The position numbers and the translations under genes are program-made. From Candidatus Peribacteria bacterium (GTDB lineage Bacteria > Patescibacteriota > Gracilibacteria > Peribacterales > Peribacteraceae), in NCBI GenBank assembly GCA_023245935.1, contig JAHFJM010000002.1, positions 33,135 to 97,134 on the forward strand: a stretch of DNA of 64,000 bases, written 5' to 3'. Numbering within the stretch: position 1 is the first letter of the stretch; every line of letters begins with the position of its first letter. The notes below the pieces were generated by a model. That model was not told where the DNA came from. It worked only from the letters and a program-made list of their open reading frames with translations, and searched no databases. Shown piece after piece: positions 26,458 through 34,759 of the stretch.

Positions 26458-27749
26458 TCATGATAGAAATCCTGATCGTAATTGTAGAGCGGCGGACCGC
26501 TTCGAAACACCGAGTGACGAAGGACCTCACCTCGGATTACGAGACACCCGAAACCGCTGCCGCCGCTTCTTTCCACTCCCGTTCGATTTGGACTGTCGAC
26601 AGGCTTCCCCTCTTTCGTCCAATCCCACACCACTGCCTGGTCGCGATGACGATGACGATACACTCCGGAAACGCTGAGAACGTTGTAGGTGAACGAACCG
26701 GCTAACTTCAGAAATGCATCGAGGGGCGGAACAACATCATCCTCAAGGAGAAAGACGAGAGGCGTCTGCACCAGCCGCGAAAAAACATTGTAGATCGTGG
26801 CACAAGCATCGCGCACTTCCTGCGCAACCTCTTCTCTCGGAAGATCGGCGATGCCGCTCCTGCCGACGGTTCGATGGAGGTACGTTGTTGATCCGTATCC
26901 GGAAGCAGCCAGCCACGAGCGCACTTCCCGGCTGAATGCGACATCGTGGGACGTATCGAGAAGAATGAGATGAATGAGCGAGCGTGGAAACGTCTGTTTC
27001 TCAAGAAATTCTCGGGTCAAGGGCCACGCCCACGTTCTTCCCGAAAGAGAGAGACAGAATGTGGTGGGCTCCGTCAGAAACCCTGCACGAACCGAATAGG
27101 GAATACCGGACTCGTATGAGCGGTGCATATTCTTGTCATGCATCCGGTAGAAATGCAGACCCTTGCTCTTCACGGTCTTCCACCCGAGTGCGAGCACACG
27201 ACGCCATGTGATCCAATCAGCGTGCTGATGCGGAGATTCGTTCCATCCTCCGACCTGCACGAGAGCATCCCTGCGCACCATCGAGACCGCGCTCATGGAA
27301 TTGCTGTCATCAAATCGCTGCCAGTCGAGCGTCTCCGGTCGCCTGAGATACTCTTTGCTGTTCCCGAAACACTGATGATCCGGATAGGCGATAGCGGCAT
27401 CCTGTTTCTTGAGAAGCGCTTCGATACCACAGGCGCAGTACTGAGGATGGAGGAGGTCATCCGCATCCAGGAAAACCAGAAGATCAGCTTTCGTCTGCGC
27501 CAGTGCGGCATTGCGCGCACGCCCGACGTTTTTCCAGTCGCCGTGAAGATAGGAAACTCCTTTCGCTGCGTATCGCATCGCAACCTCACGCGTGTCATCG
27601 GCTGACGCATCATCGACCACGATGATGTCGAGTGGTCGAATTGTCTGTGCAAGTGCGCTTTCGATCGCATAGCTCAAATAACGACCGTAGTTATGACTCA
27701 CGATGATCACGGCGACAGTCCGGTGCGATTTGAGAAGTCCAAGATTCAT
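26373..27749 (-). CDS. glycosyltransferase family 2
   Basis: VAVIIVSHNYGRYLSYAIESALAQTIRPLDIIVVDDASADDT...FLDADD. Start set to MNLGLL, directly after the upstream stop. Confidence 0.8.
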   Translation of the reverse strand: MNLGLLKSHRTVAVIIVSHNYGRYLSYAIESALAQTIRPLDIIVVDDASADDTREVAMRYAAKGVSYLHGDWKNVGRARNAALAQTKADLLVFLDADDLLHPQYCACGIEALLKKQDAAIAYPDHQCFGNSKEYLRRPETLDWQRFDDSNSMSAVSMVRRDALVQVGGWNESPHQHADWITWRRVLALGWKTVKSKGLHFYRMHDKNMHRSYESGIPYSVRAGFLTEPTTFCLSLSGRTWAWPLTREFLEKQTFPRSLIHLILLDTSHDVAFSREVRSWLAASGYGSTTYLHRTVGRSGIADLPREEVAQEVRDACATIYNVFSRLVQTPLVFLLEDDVVPPLDAFLKLAGSFTYNVLSVSGVYRHRHRDQAVVWDWTKEGKPVDSPNRTGVERSGGSGFGCLVIRGEVLRHSVFRSGPPLYNYDQDFYHDWVFEKGKIALVDWGCVCRHFLSPTQWR

Positions 27750-27751
27750 GA

Positions 27752-28441
27752 TCACTTGGTACAGAGATACGTCACTCGGGGACCTTGTGGGCGGGGAATT
27801 TCCTGCAGATGCTGAAACCCGACTTTCTGAAGCATATCCTGAATACAGGTGAGGCTTGGATTCCACCCGTCTTCCCTCGGAGAGATCGATCGTCGTCTCC
27901 ACTCCATCACAGACTCGGTCTGTCCTTCCAGAAATGTAGTTTCGAGAAGAAGCGTATTCGTGACATTCGACACCTTCTGCAATCCAAGAAAAGGATGATC
28001 CAAGTGATACAGCACCCCGAGCATCAGGACGAAATCAAATTTTTCCGCCGGATCAAGGTCATAGATGGACTGCACGCGGGGCTCGATTGTGGTGATACCA
28101 AGGTGCTTCGCGACGAACGCACAGCTTCTGATGCGATGCGGCGACACGTCGATCGATACGACCCTTTTCGCATGTCTCTTCGCACACTCGACGGAAAAGA
28201 AACCGTCTGCACACCCGATATCGAGTACCGTCATTCCGCTGAGATCTTGCGGGATGCTGTTCTCGACGTATCCCCAGAGACCGGCAGGATAATCGATCGC
28301 CATTCGCGGATTCTCCGGGGAAATGGTTCTGGTCTGCATGCCGTTCCCCAAATCGATCTGGTGCCACCATGGACCGTGATCAAGAATCTGCGCCCTTAAT
28401 GTCTCGTGCCGATCTTCTGCTTGTGGAAGAGGTAAAGTCAT
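27752..28441 (-). CDS. class I SAM-dependent methyltransferase (CmoB/DUF1698-like)
   Basis: GPWWHQIDLGNG...MTVLDIGCADGFFSVECAKRHAKRVVSIDV...MLGVLYHL. Confidence 0.7.
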   Translation of the reverse strand: MTLPLPQAEDRHETLRAQILDHGPWWHQIDLGNGMQTRTISPENPRMAIDYPAGLWGYVENSIPQDLSGMTVLDIGCADGFFSVECAKRHAKRVVSIDVSPHRIRSCAFVAKHLGITTIEPRVQSIYDLDPAEKFDFVLMLGVLYHLDHPFLGLQKVSNVTNTLLLETTFLEGQTESVMEWRRRSISPREDGWNPSLTCIQDMLQKVGFQHLQEIPRPQGPRVTYLCTK

Positions 28442-28478
28442 AGATGCGCATTCTACTGTGAGCTGGAAACAGAGCTAC

Positions 28479-28506
28479 TTGACAAAATATATAAAATGAT
28501 TAAAAT
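28479..28506 (+). promoter_or_regulatory. sigma70-like promoter TTGACA-N16-TAAAAT; the ATG at 28517 follows after about 10 nt
   Basis: The sequence reads ctacTTGACAaaatatataaaatgatTAAAATatacatccttATG. Confidence 0.5.
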
Positions 28507-28516
28507 ATACATCCTT

Positions 28517-29704
28517 ATGCGTTTTCCTGCCACTCTTCCGGCTCTCTGCTGCCTTTTTTGCAGTCTGGTACCTGTTTCCGGCGCTGCACAGGGACTCTAC
28601 AGTTACCAGGCATCCGTCACTGCTTTGCAGAACGACGGAATCATCAATACAGGACCCATTGTCGATCTTCGCTTATTCGAGGGAGTCAATCGAGCCGAAG
28701 CACTGAAAGTGATTCTGAAAGCAGAACCTCGATTCACTTCCAGTCTCTCGAGCGTCTCGTCGTCGATGCCTCCCCTGTCCTTGTTTCCGGACGTCGACCA
28801 GCACGCGTGGTATGCGCCGTATATCGAAGTGGGTTTTCAGTCGAGACTCATCACCGGCTACCAAGACGGGAGTTTCCGACCGGAGTACGGTGTGAGTGTT
28901 GAAGAAGCCGCGGTGATGCTCGCCCGTGCGTTCGGAGAAGATATGAAGTCCGCACCGTTTCGCACGAGCAGCGATCTCCCCAATATCGAAGGGCAGTGGT
29001 ACACGGGCGCACTGAGCATTCTGAATGCGAACGATGCAGTTCTGCCGGGAAGCAGACTGCAGATCGGAAGCAACATGACACGCGGCGACCTCTTCGAGAT
29101 TGTGGAACGGATGCGGATCGCTCATGGAGGCGTGACGAATAGTGGCGCAATGCGCGTTCAGACGACACAGCCAAGTCGGCAAATCTTTGTCGGAAACGAG
29201 CCGCAGCAGCAAGAAGTCGTGCAGCCGGTCGATAACGGCACCGCGCTTCAGTACGCATCAAAGAAGCCGTTCGCGATTTCGATCCCGAGTCTGTCGATCG
29301 AAGACCTCACCGTCACCCATCCCAAAGACGCCTTCACCCAGGACGGCGTGCTCGACATCCTGAAAAACGGCGTCGGACACCTGTTCGCCTATCCGGGACA
29401 GGGAGGCAGAGTGATGATCTACGGACACAGCAGCGGCTACCCGTGGGATCTGTCCAAGTACACCAAGATTTTCCGCACGATCAACAAGATGTCGATCGGC
29501 TCGCGCGTGTACGTGACCTACCTCGGAAAAGTATTCGTCTACCAGGTCGTGGAGAAGAAAACGATTCTTGCCAAAGACAGATCGATCTTCGAAGCGAATG
29601 AGAAGAAAGAAGAGCTGATTCTCTACACCTGCTGGCCGCCTGACAGCATCTCACACCGCTACATCGTTCGTGCGGTGCCGGTGGAAACGATTGCATTGAA
29701 GTAG
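28517..29704 (+). CDS. SLH-domain / sortase fusion protein
   Basis: Signal peptide MRFPATLPALCCLFCSLVPVSGAAQG. SLH-like FPDVDQHAWYAPYIEVGFQSRLITGYQDGSFRPEYGVSVEEAAVMLARAF. Sortase catalytic triad context IYGHSS, LILYTCWP, RYIVRAVP. Confidence 0.75.
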   Translation: MRFPATLPALCCLFCSLVPVSGAAQGLYSYQASVTALQNDGIINTGPIVDLRLFEGVNRAEALKVILKAEPRFTSSLSSVSSSMPPLSLFPDVDQHAWYAPYIEVGFQSRLITGYQDGSFRPEYGVSVEEAAVMLARAFGEDMKSAPFRTSSDLPNIEGQWYTGALSILNANDAVLPGSRLQIGSNMTRGDLFEIVERMRIAHGGVTNSGAMRVQTTQPSRQIFVGNEPQQQEVVQPVDNGTALQYASKKPFAISIPSLSIEDLTVTHPKDAFTQDGVLDILKNGVGHLFAYPGQGGRVMIYGHSSGYPWDLSKYTKIFRTINKMSIGSRVYVTYLGKVFVYQVVEKKTILAKDRSIFEANEKKEELILYTCWPPDSISHRYIVRAVPVETIALK

Positions 29705-29718
29705 AGCGGTAAGGAGCT

Positions 29719-30495
29719 CTACGCAAACGACACGCGCACGTACGAGACGACATCGGCGGAGCCGAGCATTTTCCCGACTGTCTGACTCGGGTCTTTGGCG
29801 AACGGCTGTGTAAGGAGCGCATTCTCTTCTCTGAACTTCCTCTCCTTTCCGAGCATGATCTTCTCCAAGATTTCCGGCGGCTTCTTGTCGTTCTTCATCT
29901 GTTCTTTCCAGATTTCTTTCTCCTTGTTCACGCTCTCCTGCGTGACTTCCTCAGCACGAACGTAGAGGGGGTTCATCGCAGCGGCATGCATGGCGGCATC
30001 GGTCGCCTGTTCCTTCGTCCCGGCGGAGAGCCCGACAACCACACCGATCTTCCGGTTGCTATGGACGTACGTACCGATGACTGCTGCACTCACTTCTTTC
30101 GTGTCGGCGACACCGATGTTCTCCCCGAGCTCGAGCACGGCTGCGGGAACTTTCTCGGCGGCAAAGGCATCGAATGCCGCTTTGCCTTTCTTGAGAAGAG
30201 TATCAGCCAGCTCCTGACCGAATTTCACGAATACATCAGATCGTCCGACGAAATCGGTCTCGCAACGCACCTGGACAAGCGCCGCTTTCTTGCCATCCGT
30301 CGCAATGAAGATGGCACCTTCGGTCTGCTCGCGATCCGCTTTCTTCACCGCCTGCGCCTTTCCTTTCTTCCTGAGAAGTTCGATGGCAAGTTCCTGGTCA
30401 CCTTTGGCTTCTTCCAGAGCATTCTTGGCATCCAGAATTCCGACACCTGTTCGGGCGCGGAGAGCGGCAACATCGGAGGCGGCAATGGGAGACAT
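29719..30495 (-). CDS. tsf: translation elongation factor Ts
   Basis: VAALRARTGVGILDAKNALEEAKGDQELAIELLRKKG...CETDFV. Lies downstream of rpsB, as is usual. Confidence 0.9.
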   Translation of the reverse strand: MSPIAASDVAALRARTGVGILDAKNALEEAKGDQELAIELLRKKGKAQAVKKADREQTEGAIFIATDGKKAALVQVRCETDFVGRSDVFVKFGQELADTLLKKGKAAFDAFAAEKVPAAVLELGENIGVADTKEVSAAVIGTYVHSNRKIGVVVGLSAGTKEQATDAAMHAAAMNPLYVRAEEVTQESVNKEKEIWKEQMKNDKKPPEILEKIMLGKERKFREENALLTQPFAKDPSQTVGKMLGSADVVSYVRVSFA

Positions 30496-30525
30496 GCGGA
30501 TTGGGGGTAAGGCTGAAATAATACT

Positions 30526-31230
30526 TTACTGCTTCGCTGCGGGTTCTTTCTCTTCTTTCGCTCCGGAGAGTTCTGCTTCGACCGTACTGAGAATCAGATC
30601 GATCGACTTCAGCGCATCGTCGTTGCAAGGAATGAAGACTTTGAAATTATCGGGGTCGGCGTTGCTGTCACAGATCCCGTAGACGGGAATGCTGAGTTTT
30701 CTTGCTTCGAGAACGGCGACGTGATCCCGAACGGCATCGATGACGAACATCGCATCGGGAAGCCCTTTCATGGACGACACACCCGAGAAACCGGCATCCA
30801 GTTTCGCGAGTTCCTTCCGGAGAGCCGTCTGCTCTTTCTTCGTGTACTTCTCGACTTCGCCGGTCTTGAACGACTGCTGCAGATCGAGGTAGTAACGGAT
30901 GCGATTCTTGATCGTCGCCCAGTTCGTGAGGAGCCCCGGCACCCACTTCTTCGTGACCACGGGCTGCCCGAGTGCATGACTGACACGCTCGATCGGCTGC
31001 AGACTCTGGAGCTTCGTCGAGACGAAGAGAATCGACTTTCCGGATTTCTGGAGAGCTTTCAGTTCGCTGCAGGCTTTCTTCAGAGCATCATGCGTCTTCT
31101 CGAGATCGAAGATGTGAACGCCGCGGCGGACGCCGAAGAGCATCTTCTTCATCTTCGGGTTCCATTTCTCCTTCCGGTGACCGAAGTGACACGCGGCATC
31201 GATGAGCTCTTTAGGGGTGGGGATGGACAT
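30526..31230 (-). CDS. rpsB: 30S ribosomal protein S2
   Basis: LIDAACHFGHRKEKWNPKMKKMLFGVRRGVHIFDLEKT and the rest of the conserved uS2 sequence. Confidence 0.95.
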   Translation of the reverse strand: MSIPTPKELIDAACHFGHRKEKWNPKMKKMLFGVRRGVHIFDLEKTHDALKKACSELKALQKSGKSILFVSTKLQSLQPIERVSHALGQPVVTKKWVPGLLTNWATIKNRIRYYLDLQQSFKTGEVEKYTKKEQTALRKELAKLDAGFSGVSSMKGLPDAMFVIDAVRDHVAVLEARKLSIPVYGICDSNADPDNFKVFIPCNDDALKSIDLILSTVEAELSGAKEEKEPAAKQ

Positions 31231-31244
31231 TGGGCTTGGGGATG

Positions 31245-31267
31245 AGGGTTAGGGATTGGGTTAGGGA
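31245..31267 (+). repeat. telomere-like G-quadruplex motif GGGTTAGGGATTGGGTTAGGG (copy 1 of 2)
   Basis: gagggttagggattgggttaggga starts 15 nt upstream of the rpsB start codon, on the opposite strand. A near-identical copy lies at 54824-54847. Confidence 0.7.
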
Positions 31268-31772
31268 AAACGAAACTATTCTGCTGAGTGAAAGAAAACT
31301 ACGGTCTCTGTGATTTGCTTCCTTGGGGTCTGCTCCCTGACGTCTTCTCGCTCTGATGCGGAGGATTTCCGTTGGTGATCACCCTTCGATGCGTCCTTCG
31401 ACAAGCTCAGGACTTACTCAGGGTGGTCCTTCGGACCAGGACCGCGCGATCGGTCGGGGAGGAAAATGCTGCGAGGCAGCGAATGCACTGTAACGCACCG
31501 AAGAAGGATCTGCAAATGTAAAAGAAGATGCCCCAAGGTGTTTTCTTGACTTTCACGAAGCCGACACTAGAATTCGCCCCTGACTTTTTCCCACCCTACT
31601 CGTGCCAAACAATTTCGAACACTTCACACCTCGTTTCTTTCGTCCGCCACATCTGCGAAAAGTTTCCCTGCGTCAAGAATCGGCACACGCATCGAACTCT
31701 GTCTCTTCTGCATTCGAAGGACGAACGAACGGACACGTTCAGAAATTGTCTCAAGAAGAGAGAGTGAAGCTC

Positions 31773-32129
31773 ATGGATCTGCTGCGCGACGTTCCATCGA
31801 TGGCACCTGTGATTGCGATGATGCTGGATCACGCACCGGACAAAGGAAGAACTATTCGAAACCAGTGGCCGAAACTGGAGCGCAATGAGCCCTGTGACAT
31901 CACTGGAGTGAAAAGCAAGCACTGCATGTGCATTGCATGTACGGAAGAATTCGGAGTCACCGGCGAGAAATGGGACAAATTTGAGGATCGTGAGTTGAAT
32001 GCTCAGCTCATGGACAAAATGGGCGAAAAACTTGAAGCTCTCATAGCTCAAATAGATCGAATTTCAGAGCAGACCGAAGCATCGATATCCGAGGAAGCGA
32101 AATACTGCTCAAAGAGGAACGAAGCGTAA
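31773..32129 (+). CDS. hypothetical protein with a degenerate SEC-C-like Cys motif
   Basis: RNEPCDITGVKSKHCMCIAC. Start set to MDLLRDV, because the upstream part of track ORF 31602..32129 looks non-coding. Confidence 0.4.
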   Translation: MDLLRDVPSMAPVIAMMLDHAPDKGRTIRNQWPKLERNEPCDITGVKSKHCMCIACTEEFGVTGEKWDKFEDRELNAQLMDKMGEKLEALIAQIDRISEQTEASISEEAKYCSKRNEA

Positions 32130-32149
32130 AAATGTTTCTCTCGCTTCCT

Positions 32150-33172
32150 CTACTTCATCGCAAGATCCACGGGCTGAAGGAAGGCGGAGAGAGTCACGAC
32201 TTTCCTCTGATTTTCCCCACCGGACGGATCGTATCTCACATCGATGGAATTCGGATCGGCGGTATCGTCGTACCGCTTCATGAGAGCGGCATACGCTTCT
32301 TCGGGTGTTTCGAAGGCACCGATGTCTTTCTCGTCGTCTTCCGCCAGATACCATGCTCCATTCTTGGCATACCGTCCGCCCGTGTCGATCACGAATCCGT
32401 CGTACTTCCCTCCGCGCTTCTCGATCCACGCACAGAGGATGTGATCGCCGGGAATATGAATCGCGTGAGCGCTGTGACCTTGCAGCCGCACGATCACGCG
32501 CGCAAGTTCCGCGTGATCGTCGCAGTCACCCTGCATGCAGCCGTTCTTCACGCGTTGCACGGTATCCCGCGCAGGCTGGACGTAATCACCATGGTGCTGC
32601 TTCGTTCCCTCCTCGAGGGGATCGAGCGGATTCGGAGAATCCCAAGTGAATGCGAAGAATTTCTCGAAGAAGAGAGCGCGTTTCTCATGCGTGTCGAGTG
32701 CGGTTGCGAGAAAATCGAGGTACTGATCGGGGCTCAGTTCGCGTTCGGGATCCTTCTCCCGTTCTTCCGGGTAGAGCCCGAAGGACACTCCTTGATGAAA
32801 CATATGCTTGCTGAGAACCTGAGAAGACTCACCCTGCTGCGCACGACGTTCTTCATAAAGAAGTTCACCGGTCACGGGGCTCCGGCGCTGCAGAACACCG
32901 ATCGGTTCGGTTTCTCCGGACTGCGTATCGCTGCTTGCAAACTGCTTCTTGCCATCATCACCCAAAAGTTTCTCACCGGAAATCGCCACTGCACCAATGA
33001 CGAATAGCCGCTGCATCGCCTCTCTCCTGCTGATCCGTTGTACCCGATCATGAAATTGCCTTCGAACCACACTCTCCACTGCCGCTCCTTGCGGTGCATT
33101 CTCGAGCCTATCTTGATAGAGCTCGTTTGCTACGAGTGAGAGTATACACCTCTCTTCTGCTTTTTGAGTCAA
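32150..33172 (-). CDS. hypothetical exported protein, possibly a transglutaminase-like cysteine peptidase fold
   Basis: Tat-like SRREAMQRLFVIGAVAISG. Candidate Cys-His-Asp arrangement CMQGDCDDHAELARV...HAIHIPGDHILCAW...VIDTG. The plus-strand ORF 32132..33007 looks like an antisense artefact. Confidence 0.4.
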   Translation of the reverse strand: MTQKAEERCILSLVANELYQDRLENAPQGAAVESVVRRQFHDRVQRISRREAMQRLFVIGAVAISGEKLLGDDGKKQFASSDTQSGETEPIGVLQRRSPVTGELLYEERRAQQGESSQVLSKHMFHQGVSFGLYPEEREKDPERELSPDQYLDFLATALDTHEKRALFFEKFFAFTWDSPNPLDPLEEGTKQHHGDYVQPARDTVQRVKNGCMQGDCDDHAELARVIVRLQGHSAHAIHIPGDHILCAWIEKRGGKYDGFVIDTGGRYAKNGAWYLAEDDEKDIGAFETPEEAYAALMKRYDDTADPNSIDVRYDPSGGENQRKVVTLSAFLQPVDLAMK

Positions 33173-33186
33173 ATACTCACCGATGA

Positions 33187-34581
33187 CTAGCGTTTGAGAG
33201 CTGACACAAGAGCGGAAATCGTCACTCTCTCCTGTTTCAAAGTGTCTCTGTCTCTGATCGTGACCGTGTCTAGCTCACCTTGTGCCGCGTCTTCTCCGAT
33301 CGTTCCGAAGTCGACCGTGATGCATTTCGGTGTGCCGATCTCGTCGTGTCGACGATAACGCTTGCCGATCGATCCGGAGACATCGAAGTCCACTGTCAGC
33401 CCCGTTTCTTGAACAATTTTTTTGTACAGTTCCTGAGCCTTCGCCGTGAGATGTTCTTTCTTCGAGAGCGGCAAGATCGCAAGGTCGATCGGTGCGATGC
33501 GCGGATCAAATTTCAGAACGACGCGCGTGTCGTCTCCCACTTTCTCTTCGGTGTAGGCATCGAGGAGCAGCGTGAGGACGGTACGGTCGCAACCGAAGCT
33601 CGGCTCGATGACGTGCGGCAGGATTTTTCGCTGCTCATGATCCGGATCGGCATATCGAAGCTCCTGACCCGAAAATTTCTCGTGCTGCGAGAGATCGAAA
33701 TCTCCCCTGTTCGCAAGTCCGAAGAGCTCCCCGAATCCCCACGGAAAGTTGTACTCGATGTCGATCGTCTTGCTGCTGTAGTGACTCAGTTCATCCTTCC
33801 CGTGCTCGCGAATACGAAGCCTCTTCGGATCAATCCCAAGCCCGGTATACCATTCCCAGACTGCCTTCTGCCACGCACCGAAGTGATCGGTTTTGTCCTC
33901 GGGATCGATGAAGTACTCGATCTCCATCTGTTCGAATTCTCGCGTGCGGAACGTGAAGTTTCCCGGAGTGATTTCATTGCGGAATGCCTTGCCGATCTGC
34001 CCGACACCGAACGGCAGACGCATGCGCATGGTGTCGACGACGTTCTTGAAGTTCACGAAGATGCCCTGTGCGGTCTCGGGTCGCATGTAGACGAGCGCGG
34101 CATCTTCCTCCACCACTCCCTGGTGCGTCTTGAACATCAGATTGAATTTCTTCGCTTCGGTCCAGGCAACTTTACCGCAACTCGGACACGGAATTTTCTC
34201 AGCAACGAGCATTGGCTGTACTTGCTCGAGCTTCAACACCGATACCGCTTCCACACCGAGCTTTTCCTCGAGAAGTTTGTCTCCACGGAAACGCTGCTTG
34301 CAGTTCTTGCAGTCGACGAGCGGATCCGTGAACGACCCCACGTGCCCGCTCGCCTCCCAGACTTTCGGGTTCATCAGGATCGACGCATCGAGACCGACCA
34401 TATCCGCACGCTCTCTCACGAACGTCTTCCACCACAGCTGCTTCACTCTGTTTTTGAGCTCCACACCAAGCGGTCCGTAGTCCCAGGTATTTGCCAGCCC
34501 TCCGTAAATCTCCGAGCCGGGGAAAATGAATCCGCGGCGTTTGCAGAGGGAAACGAGGGCATCGAGTGTGGGGGCGGGCAT
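33187..34581 (-). CDS. glyQS: glycine-tRNA ligase (homodimeric class II GlyQS type)
   Basis: LVSLCKRRGFIFPGSEIYGGLANTWDYGPLGVELKNRVKQLWW...FRNEITPGNFTFRTREFEQMEIEYF. Start set to MPAPTLDALV. Confidence 0.95.
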   Translation of the reverse strand: MPAPTLDALVSLCKRRGFIFPGSEIYGGLANTWDYGPLGVELKNRVKQLWWKTFVRERADMVGLDASILMNPKVWEASGHVGSFTDPLVDCKNCKQRFRGDKLLEEKLGVEAVSVLKLEQVQPMLVAEKIPCPSCGKVAWTEAKKFNLMFKTHQGVVEEDAALVYMRPETAQGIFVNFKNVVDTMRMRLPFGVGQIGKAFRNEITPGNFTFRTREFEQMEIEYFIDPEDKTDHFGAWQKAVWEWYTGLGIDPKRLRIREHGKDELSHYSSKTIDIEYNFPWGFGELFGLANRGDFDLSQHEKFSGQELRYADPDHEQRKILPHVIEPSFGCDRTVLTLLLDAYTEEKVGDDTRVVLKFDPRIAPIDLAILPLSKKEHLTAKAQELYKKIVQETGLTVDFDVSGSIGKRYRRHDEIGTPKCITVDFGTIGEDAAQGELDTVTIRDRDTLKQERVTISALVSALKR

Positions 34582-34759
34582 GGGAAGAGTGTACGGGAGG
34601 GAAAGAAAGAAAAACAGCACCATAGCGGAGGTTCGTAACCTCCGCGGCTGCGAAGAATCATGGTGCACCGCGGAAGATATGGATCTTCCGCTGCGTCCAT
34701 CATCATTTCGAATTCTCGCTTTTCTGCCTTGTTTCTGCTATAATCAGAGGATTCCCTCT

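Noticed and set aside
31455-31497. GGGGAGGAAAAUGCUGCGAGGCAGCGAAUGCACUGUAACGC resembles the RNase P RNA CR-I region (GGGGAGGAAAGUCC...GGGCAG...GGUAACGCC).
   Set aside because: The essential GUCC of the P4 5' strand is missing, and GCUGC-GAG-GCAGC forms a local hairpin instead. The nearest ACAGAA-like string (ACUAGAAUUCGCCCC, 31565-31579) cannot pair as the P4 3' strand. No P1/P2 complements were found. Only a covariance-model scan could revive this idea.
31528-31767. 79-aa plus-strand ORF, and the 5' part of ORF 31602..32129, within the long rpsB upstream gap.
   Set aside because: There is no start context, their composition is odd, and they overlap each other in different frames. Only the 3' portion from the ATG at 31773 looks like a gene.
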